From an uncultured Erysipelotrichaceae bacterium (GTDB lineage: Bacteria; Bacillota_I; Bacilli_A; RF39; UBA660): 48,179 bases of DNA. Positions 1 through 6,966 of the stretch are shown here, piece after piece. The translations under genes were made by a program, and so were the position numbers. The notes below the pieces were generated by a model. It was not told the DNA's origin. It was given only the letters and a program-made list of their open reading frames with translations, and did no database searches. The DNA lies in assembly GCA_902797275.1 (NCBI GenBank), contig CADBSI010000022.1, positions 1-48,179 of the forward strand. The letters run 5' to 3'. Within the stretch, counting starts at the first letter, position 1. Each line of letters opens with the position of its first letter.

Positions 1-137
1 ACAATTCCTTCAAAAGCTTGAATTCTTTCTCTTTTTCCTTCGATGATTTTAACATCAACTCTAACAGTATCACCTACACGAAATTCTGGAACGTTAGGAT
101 TTAACTGTGACGCAGTAATTTTGTCAATTACGTTCAT
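1..137 (-). CDS. rplS: 50S ribosomal protein L19, N-terminal 45 codons (gene runs off the left edge)
   Basis: Minus-strand translation from the ATG at 137-135 gives [46 protein letters not shown]. This is the conserved L19 N-terminus (PxFRxGDTxxV...EGxRERIQxFEG). An AGGAAAG SD lies upstream. The ORF track omits it because it is truncated. Confidence 0.85.
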   Translation of the reverse strand, partial: MNVIDKITASQLNPNVPEFRVGDTVRVDVKIIEGKRERIQAFEGI

Positions 138-241
138 AATACACTTTCCTTTCTTACATGATTATGCTAAATAATACATATAGCAGCGAATCACATTAAA
201 GATAATATCACACTTTTTAGGAAAATGCAAACTTTTTTTAA

Positions 242-646
242 CTAATATTTATATTTAATACAACCATATATACCCATAATTGCTAAAATAAATAAACAAT
301 ATGAATATGATATATGAATAAACTCAAATAAACATAATATATTTTTCTCTTTAAAAAATATTATAATTAAACTTGTAATTAAGAGAAAAATATTATTAGT
401 TAATAATAATTTATTAGTTTTAGTTATATTATAATCACTATAAAAATAGAAATAAATACCATAAATAAATGTATATACAGGAAATATTAAACCTATAATC
501 ATTAAATAAATATTTAAATTTTCATTATATATTCTTATATTAAATATATATTCAAAGAAATTATTAAAACTAGTAATTGAATAACTAAAACCAACAATAA
601 CCAATAATAAACCTAATATTTTCATATATAAATATCTACTTTTCAT
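242..646 (-). CDS. small polytopic membrane protein, unknown function
   Basis: 134-aa ORF with about 4 hydrophobic helices. A good SD (AGGAGA) precedes the ATG at 646. It overlaps the upstream gene by 11 nt, so it looks like the last gene of the sortase operon. Confidence 0.5.
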   Translation of the reverse strand: MKSRYLYMKILGLLLVIVGFSYSITSFNNFFEYIFNIRIYNENLNIYLMIIGLIFPVYTFIYGIYFYFYSDYNITKTNKLLLTNNIFLLITSLIIIFFKEKNILCLFEFIHISYSYCLFILAIMGIYGCIKYKY

Positions 647-1124
647 CTTGTCTCCTATTTAAAAACTTTAATATAATTGTTATAAATAACCATATTATAA
701 AAGTAATTGATATTATTCTTGGAATAACTAATCCTTTAGTATAATAACTAGTATAAGAATTAAGATCTATATTTAATCTTAAAAAAGTAATATAACAAGA
801 AAAACTTATACAAAAGAAAATATAATTAATTATTTTTTCTAAAAAAGTAATATTCTTTAATAAAGTATAAATAAATAATATAATACTAAATATAATAGTT
901 GAAACAAATAATAAGTAATTAGGATACCAAATATAAGTAATTATATTTTTAAGTAATTCATATATATAATTATTATCAAAGATAAATATTAATATAAGAA
1001 AAATAAATGCTAGAATTAAAAATATTACTTTTAATAATTTATTTTTTAAAGTATTATTAAAGATTAAAAGAAATAAAAAAGTTAAAGATAAAATTATACT
1101 ACTAATAATAAATGGATCGTTCAT
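636..1124 (-). CDS. polytopic membrane protein, unknown function
   Basis: 162-aa ORF, almost entirely hydrophobic helices. A strong SD (AGGAGG) precedes the ATG at 1124, 9 nt after the sortase stop. Confidence 0.5.
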   Translation of the reverse strand: MNDPFIISSIILSLTFLFLLIFNNTLKNKLLKVIFLILAFIFLILIFIFDNNYIYELLKNIITYIWYPNYLLFVSTIIFSIILFIYTLLKNITFLEKIINYIFFCISFSCYITFLRLNIDLNSYTSYYTKGLVIPRIISITFIIWLFITIILKFLNRRQDEK

Positions 1125-1133
1125 AAATACCTC

Positions 1134-1799
1134 CTAATATGTTTCAACACCTATTAATTCTAAAATATATACAGTTTGATTAGTTTTATCATCTTTAGTA
1201 CAAGTAATTAAAGTTAAAGTAGTTTTATTGGTATCTCTATAAATATTTAAACTACCTTTTTTAGTTTGATTATAGATATTAACTATTTTATATGTATATT
1301 TTTTATTATTATAAATAATACTAGCTAGATCATCTAATTTTAATTTATAAAGATTTCTAAAATATGCTATACTACTTGTTCCTGAATGAGCAGCAAGGAT
1401 AAAATTACCATTTATTTTATCTGGTAAATCAGATATTTTTAATATTTCTACATGATAATTAACATTATTATATAGAGAATTTATTGGTAATAATCCTTGG
1501 TTTAAATTAATCTTTGGTATTTCTAAAAAAGCTAAGTAATTAATATCAGGATTGTTGGTTGGTTTTTTTATTTCTTCATTAGTATCTGTTATATAATCAA
1601 CATCAACATTAACAGTTAAAGAGTTATTTTTATTTTTTTCTTTATAAATATTTGCTTGTATATTATTATATATTTCACTATTGATGGAAAGTATTTTTTC
1701 ATAATTAAAGAGAATAAAAGAAATAATTAGTAAGAGAGACCCTACTATTAGCATGGTCTCTTCTTTTTTAATTTTTTTGTGCATAAACATAATAACCAA
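1134..1799 (-). CDS. sortase-family transpeptidase (atypical; true start may be the ATG at 1784 or 1754)
   Basis: N-terminal TM anchor, His motif ILAAHSGTS and the signature TLTLITC Cys motif. It lies directly downstream of, and overlaps, the surface adhesin gene. No Arg follows the Cys motif (see findings). Confidence 0.7.
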   Translation of the reverse strand: MVIMFMHKKIKKEETMLIVGSLLLIISFILFNYEKILSINSEIYNNIQANIYKEKNKNNSLTVNVDVDYITDTNEEIKKPTNNPDINYLAFLEIPKINLNQGLLPINSLYNNVNYHVEILKISDLPDKINGNFILAAHSGTSSIAYFRNLYKLKLDDLASIIYNNKKYTYKIVNIYNQTKKGSLNIYRDTNKTTLTLITCTKDDKTNQTVYILELIGVETY

Positions 1800-4269
1800 C
1801 AGCTCCTACACCAAATATTATAAATACTAAAGATATCATTGTAAGAACCTTTGAAGCATTAAGAGAAGTTCTTGGAACAATAACTTCATTCTCTATTTCA
1901 AATACTTGAGTTTCACTTGTATCTTTAACTTCAATTGTTTTAACTTCATCTATTAATTGATAACCTTTTGGAGCAACTGTTTCTTTTATTGTATATTTAC
2001 CAATTGGCATATTAGTACAATAATCTGATTCGGTAGTTGTAAATTTATCAAATAAAGAACCATCTTCTTTATATATTTCAAACTCTGCTCCACTTAAGTT
2101 TTCTTTATTTTTAGATACTTTTTTAATACATACTTCAATTGGAGCATCTTTCATGTCTAAAACTTTATCAACTTCACCTTTTTCATTAATTGTAAATTCA
2201 ATTGTTTCAGCTGTTGCATAACCAGATGGAGTAATTGTTTCTGTTAAAGTATATTTACCAGGTTTAACCGGTATTTCATGTGGATCATTTCCAATAACAT
2301 TTCCTTGGCTATCTTTTTTACAACTTGAAATCCATTCATCAACAACCGAACCATTACTATCTTTAATAGTTAATTTAGCTCCTTCTAAACATGCTCCCGT
2401 TGATAAATCTGATTTAGTTATACCTCTTGTATTAGGAATTGTTATTTTATTATTTATAACTTTTAATTCAACTGCACCTTTTACTTCAGAATCACTGTCT
2501 TCTTCATGAATTTTTTCATTTTTTCCAACAACAAACTTATATTTAGTATTAGATTTTATATAATTAATTGGAGCAGATTCTTCATATATATAATAAGTTC
2601 CTACTTGAAGAGTTCCTTCAGGTAAACAATAAGCTCCTTCTTGACTAGACGTTATAAAGTCAACATAAACTGACTCATCAATATCTTCAATAAACAAGTT
2701 AGCTCCATCTAAAATTTTATCAGGATCTTTAGAATCTACTTTTAAAAAGCATATTTCAGGAACCTTTTTATTGTTTATAATAACAGATATTGTAGAATTT
2801 TCATCAACAGTTAATTTTATATAACCATTACTATCTACTAAAGATGTACCAAAGTCATATAAATCATAACCATTAGGTGCTTGAGTTTCTTTTAAGTAGT
2901 AAGTACCAGCTGGTAAATTACTTAAAACATATGTTCCTTTTACTGTATTATTAACTAATTTAATTTCAGCTTTTATATTTTCAGGTTTAATTTCATTATA
3001 ATATAAAATAAATTTAGCATTTTCAAGACATCCTTTAGTACCACAAATAGATGCATCTACATCAGTTAAATCTGTTCTTATTTTTACATCTTCTTCATTA
3101 TCAGATACTTTATAGATAATTATTTTACCATTGTCATTTCGATCAATTGAAATATTTTCAGAATAATAACTATTGTCAACACCAATAAAATCTTGTCCAG
3201 AACCAATATATACATATACATTCTTCTTGGCTACTTTGCTAGTTAAAACAGCTTTAACTTGTTTTATATTAGATCCTACATTAGAAATTGTAAAATTATC
3301 TCCTTCTGTATTACTTTCAACATTATCATTTTTAAATAACTCAGTTCCATTATTATCATAAAATACAATTGAATAATTACTAACGGTTGATTTTATAACA
3401 ACATTTAAAGTATTATCAGCATTAAAAGTTTTAGATACAAGACTAAAATTATCGTTTTGATTAGCTGAACTAGTTAATTTTTCATATAAATTAGTTGTAT
3501 ACCAAGCAGTTAATACTTTTATTCTATTTTTAACATTACTATCAGTATTAGTTGAAAAAACATATTTATAGAAATTACTATTAGTATTACATCCACCTTC
3601 ATTATACCAAGCTTCTTCTTCAGATGTTAACATTTTATCTTTATAATAACTATTACAGTTTCTAAAACCAGCACTTTTTAATTTACTACTTAATACTTTA
3701 TCATAACCATCACTATTATAAGTAGTTTTACCATCAGTTATATTCCAAATAGCTGCTTGAACAGCTGATATAGTCTCTTGAACATTTAAATTATCAAATC
3801 CTAAACTATCATAATCTGAACCAATTCCTATAGTGGAACTTTTTAAATTTTCTTTTAAATTTCCAAGGGTTATGTAAGGATACATATAAGGCATAACTTT
3901 AGCTAATTTATCTTTAATAGTATCATTTAAATTAACATTACTACTATTAATAGCATATCTCCTTCTTGAAGAACCTGAACTTAGTTTTTTACCTTCTTCT
4001 GCACAGTAAACTACTACTTTTTTACTATCATCATTTTTTTGTTTTAATAATTTAGTACCAAAAACATCATTTCTAAAACTTGTATGGCTAATATGATACA
4101 TTGAATACATATTTTTTCTTACAAATTTAAACTCTGTACCTTCAGCAATTGTACCTATTTCTTGATTATCAACAGCAGCATAAGATTTTTTATCAAATGT
4201 TTGCATTATAATAAATGTTATGGCAAATGTTAATAAAATCATTGGTACATATATATTTTTTTTCTTCAT
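1768..4269 (-). CDS. cell-surface adhesin: N-terminal thioester (TQxA-type) domain plus four CnaB/SpaA-type domains and a C-terminal sorting-signal-like anchor
   Basis: Start reassigned to the ATG at 4269 (GGAGAG SD; signal peptide MKKKNIYVPMILLTFAITFIIMQTFDKKSYA). The thioester motifs YCAE (Cys codon 4005-4003) and VQAAIW are present. Four repeats are of the type GAKF/GANL/GAKL/GAEF...G(T/K)Y.L.E..AP.GY. The C-terminus is VPRTS followed by a hydrophobic helix and a basic tail. Confidence 0.8.
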   Translation of the reverse strand: MKKKNIYVPMILLTFAITFIIMQTFDKKSYAAVDNQEIGTIAEGTEFKFVRKNMYSMYHISHTSFRNDVFGTKLLKQKNDDSKKVVVYCAEEGKKLSSGSSRRRYAINSSNVNLNDTIKDKLAKVMPYMYPYITLGNLKENLKSSTIGIGSDYDSLGFDNLNVQETISAVQAAIWNITDGKTTYNSDGYDKVLSSKLKSAGFRNCNSYYKDKMLTSEEEAWYNEGGCNTNSNFYKYVFSTNTDSNVKNRIKVLTAWYTTNLYEKLTSSANQNDNFSLVSKTFNADNTLNVVIKSTVSNYSIVFYDNNGTELFKNDNVESNTEGDNFTISNVGSNIKQVKAVLTSKVAKKNVYVYIGSGQDFIGVDNSYYSENISIDRNDNGKIIIYKVSDNEEDVKIRTDLTDVDASICGTKGCLENAKFILYYNEIKPENIKAEIKLVNNTVKGTYVLSNLPAGTYYLKETQAPNGYDLYDFGTSLVDSNGYIKLTVDENSTISVIINNKKVPEICFLKVDSKDPDKILDGANLFIEDIDESVYVDFITSSQEGAYCLPEGTLQVGTYYIYEESAPINYIKSNTKYKFVVGKNEKIHEEDSDSEVKGAVELKVINNKITIPNTRGITKSDLSTGACLEGAKLTIKDSNGSVVDEWISSCKKDSQGNVIGNDPHEIPVKPGKYTLTETITPSGYATAETIEFTINEKGEVDKVLDMKDAPIEVCIKKVSKNKENLSGAEFEIYKEDGSLFDKFTTTESDYCTNMPIGKYTIKETVAPKGYQLIDEVKTIEVKDTSETQVFEIENEVIVPRTSLNASKVLTMISLVFIIFGVGAVGYYVYAQKN

Positions 4270-4294
4270 GATCCACTCTCCTATCATTAATACA

Positions 4295-4323
4295 ATTATA
4301 TCATTTATAAAATTATTAAACAA
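4295..4323 (-). promoter_or_regulatory. putative sigma-A promoter for the adhesin-sortase operon
   Basis: On the minus strand: TTGTTT, 17 nt, TATAAT, about 25 nt upstream of the adhesin SD. Confidence 0.4.
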
Positions 4324-4331
4324 TATTTTTT

Positions 4332-5444
4332 TTATACTTTTTTATTTTCAATGTCAACTCTTAAAACAATTGCAATACTTGAAACTAAACACATTAAATA
4401 ACTTCCCCCATATGATAAAAATGGAAGTGGTACTCCTGTTAAAGGAATGAGCCCAAGTAAACCACCTAAATTAATTAAAATATGTAATAAAATATAGAAA
4501 AATACTCCAAAACAAAGCAAAGAACCCCTTTTATTCTTACACCTTTTTCCAATTAAGAATATTCTCCATAAAACTAAAAACATTAATATTAGTAATACAA
4601 TTGAAACAATAAGACCAAGTTCTTCTACTATAATTGCAAAAATAAAATCAGTATATGCTTCTGGTAAATATAAGTATTTTTGCGTACTATTTCCAAGTCC
4701 TTTACCAAATAATCCTCCATTATTAATAGCAATATAACCATTGCACACTTGATTACCATCACTATATATTCTTTCACAAGGATTTAAAAAATTAAATCTT
4801 TGAATTTGTCTTGCAAATACTAATTTAACTCCATTATTTAAAAGTAATAAAAGAAAAACACAAATAATTGCTACAATTGAAATTATACTATTTCTTTTTA
4901 TTTTTTTAGAAATAGGTAAGATCAAAAACATCAAAAATACTAAAGCACAATATAAAATAGTAGTACCCAAATCCGGTTGTAAAGCAATTAAAAAAGCAAT
5001 TGCAACTGATAATATTAAAGGAAATAAAACTTTTTTTAAATTAAGACAATTTTTATTAATACTATAATATGAACTAAACCACATAATAGTAAATATTTTA
5101 GCAAATTCACTTGGTTGAACCGTAAATATACCAAAGATACTAAACCAACTTTTAGCTTGATTACTAACCTTTCCATTAAAAAGAACAATAACTAGTAAAG
5201 AAATTATTACAACTATTAAAAAGAAAGTTATATAATGGTATTTACTTGTATCAAATTTTAAGATAAAAAAAGAAAGTAAGAGACTTATAACTAAAAAAGC
5301 AAATTGCTTAATAAAGTAATAATATGGACTTTTAGAATACATCATATAACTTGTAACGTTGCTAGCTGAAAAAATCATTACTAAACCAACAACTAGTAAT
5401 ATAAAAGTACATATTAATAAGCATTTATCCATCTTTTTTAGCAT
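4332..5444 (-). CDS. SEDS-family peptidoglycan glycosyltransferase (FtsW/RodA/SpoVE family)
   Basis: 370 aa with about 10 TM helices. Family motifs QPSEFAKI, LQPDLGT, LPEAYTDFIFAIIVEELG and PLTGVPLPFLSYGGS are present. Confidence 0.9.
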   Translation of the reverse strand: MLKKMDKCLLICTFILLVVGLVMIFSASNVTSYMMYSKSPYYYFIKQFAFLVISLLLSFFILKFDTSKYHYITFFLIVVIISLLVIVLFNGKVSNQAKSWFSIFGIFTVQPSEFAKIFTIMWFSSYYSINKNCLNLKKVLFPLILSVAIAFLIALQPDLGTTILYCALVFLMFLILPISKKIKRNSIISIVAIICVFLLLLLNNGVKLVFARQIQRFNFLNPCERIYSDGNQVCNGYIAINNGGLFGKGLGNSTQKYLYLPEAYTDFIFAIIVEELGLIVSIVLLILMFLVLWRIFLIGKRCKNKRGSLLCFGVFFYILLHILINLGGLLGLIPLTGVPLPFLSYGGSYLMCLVSSIAIVLRVDIENKKV

Positions 5445-5459
5445 AAAATCATTCCTTAC

Positions 5460-6884
5460 TTAAATAATATCTTCAATTTCTTCATCATCACTTAAAGTAA
5501 TAATATTATTATTTTTAGTTTCTAAATTAGTATCTTCTTGTTTTACTTCTTTTGTATCTTTTTCTTTAGTATTTTTATCACTTGCATTTGTCTTGTTTTT
5601 ATTCTTTTTATTTTTTATTTGAATTATTAATAATACTATAATTGCTGTTAATATTAAAGCAATAACAATTAAAATAACTATTTTATTAAAATTATTTTCT
5701 TTATTAACAACTTCTTTTTTTATAATATTAATTTTATATATATTATAGTTATCATCATCATATTCTACTCTTATTTTAATAATGCTACCATCTACTAGAT
5801 CAAGATTTCCAGTTATCTCGACTTTGCTTGTTTCAACATCTGGAACTGCATCTATAACAAGATAATTATCATCACCTATTTCTAGGTTATATTCATATTT
5901 ATTTTCATCAAAATCTAATTTATATTTTTCTATAGTTAAGCTTTTTAAATTAGCTAAACTTTTATCTTCACTTTCAAGTCTTTTTACTTTTAAAGTATAA
6001 GTTTTAGTGTTTTCATCGTTTTCTACTAATATTTTAACGGTGTTTTCACCTATTTCTAATTTATCAGCACCTTCAATTGCTATTTTAGCATTTTGATCAG
6101 TTGGAACTGCTGTTATTTCTAATTTATCAACACTTTTTAAAACTGATAATTCATAATCTGTTATACCACTTTCAAAATTAAGTTTAACATTTTTAATTGT
6201 TAATTGTTTTAAAGTAGTTGCTTTTTCTTCTCTTTTCGATACATTTAAAACATAAGTTGTAACGTCCCCTGCTTCCGATATAACTTTGATTTTAATTTCT
6301 TTTTCATTGTCAAAGAAATCATAAGAAGCTTTATTATTTTTAAAGTTATCTACCTTAGCTTTAGAAGAATTGGGTTCTACTTCAATATCAATTTTTTTAG
6401 AAGCATAACTAACCGTGGTTTCATATTTAGTTATACCTGATTTTAAAGTTATAGCTGTACCATTAACAACAATTTTTTTTAAAGAACTATCTGTTGATAA
6501 AATTTCTTTTACTACTTTAAACACATATTCTTTAACTGTTCCATCTTCCGCTGTAACACTTACTTTATATTCATTTAAACCATTTTTTAAAGTTTCTTCT
6601 ATCTTTAAAACTGAAACACTTGCTTTGCTATCATTAGTTTTATAAGTTATACTAACATCAGATACATCGTTATCTTTAATTATTTTTTCACAAACATAAT
6701 CAGAGCATACTACTTTTTCATTATTAATAAAAACATCTTTTAATGTAGCATCACTACTTTTAGTTTCTGTTTGATTATTTTTTTCATTATTATCTTTTGT
6801 TTCATCTTCTGGTAAAGCTTTTACATTTAAAGTAAAGCAACTAAGTAAAATAAATATAAATAAAAGTTTTTTAGACTTTTTCAT
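5460..6884 (-). CDS. type I membrane protein with four cadherin-like beta-sandwich repeats
   Basis: Start placed at the ATG at 6884 (AGAGGTG SD; signal peptide MKKSKKLLFIFILLSCFTLNVKA). There are four repeats of about 90 aa of the pattern (S/T)LK.(L/I).(I/V)....L......Y...V......I...P.....A.V...G...........I.V......T.Y.L.V.(K/R). A TM helix and a K/N/E-rich cytoplasmic tail follow. Confidence 0.7.
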   Translation of the reverse strand: MKKSKKLLFIFILLSCFTLNVKALPEDETKDNNEKNNQTETKSSDATLKDVFINNEKVVCSDYVCEKIIKDNDVSDVSITYKTNDSKASVSVLKIEETLKNGLNEYKVSVTAEDGTVKEYVFKVVKEILSTDSSLKKIVVNGTAITLKSGITKYETTVSYASKKIDIEVEPNSSKAKVDNFKNNKASYDFFDNEKEIKIKVISEAGDVTTYVLNVSKREEKATTLKQLTIKNVKLNFESGITDYELSVLKSVDKLEITAVPTDQNAKIAIEGADKLEIGENTVKILVENDENTKTYTLKVKRLESEDKSLANLKSLTIEKYKLDFDENKYEYNLEIGDDNYLVIDAVPDVETSKVEITGNLDLVDGSIIKIRVEYDDDNYNIYKINIIKKEVVNKENNFNKIVILIVIALILTAIIVLLIIQIKNKKNKNKTNASDKNTKEKDTKEVKQEDTNLETKNNNIITLSDDEEIEDII

Positions 6885-6910
6885 AACACACACCTCTATA
6901 ATATATATTC

Positions 6911-6939
6911 ATTATAGCAAATTATAAATACTTTGTAAA
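6911..6939 (-). promoter_or_regulatory. sigma-A promoter for the cadherin-like/SEDS transcription unit
   Basis: On the minus strand: TTTACA, 17 nt, TATAAT. It sits immediately downstream of the T4SS terminator and upstream of the 6884 start. Confidence 0.55.
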
Positions 6940-6940
6940 T

Positions 6941-6966
6941 AAAAAAATAGCTAATTACTAGCTATT
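6941..6966 (-). terminator. intrinsic terminator ending the T4SS operon
   Basis: 8-bp stem AATAGCTA/TAGCTATT with a 5-nt loop, followed on the minus strand by a 7-T run. The stem overlaps the coupling-protein stop codon (6964-6962). Confidence 0.6.
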
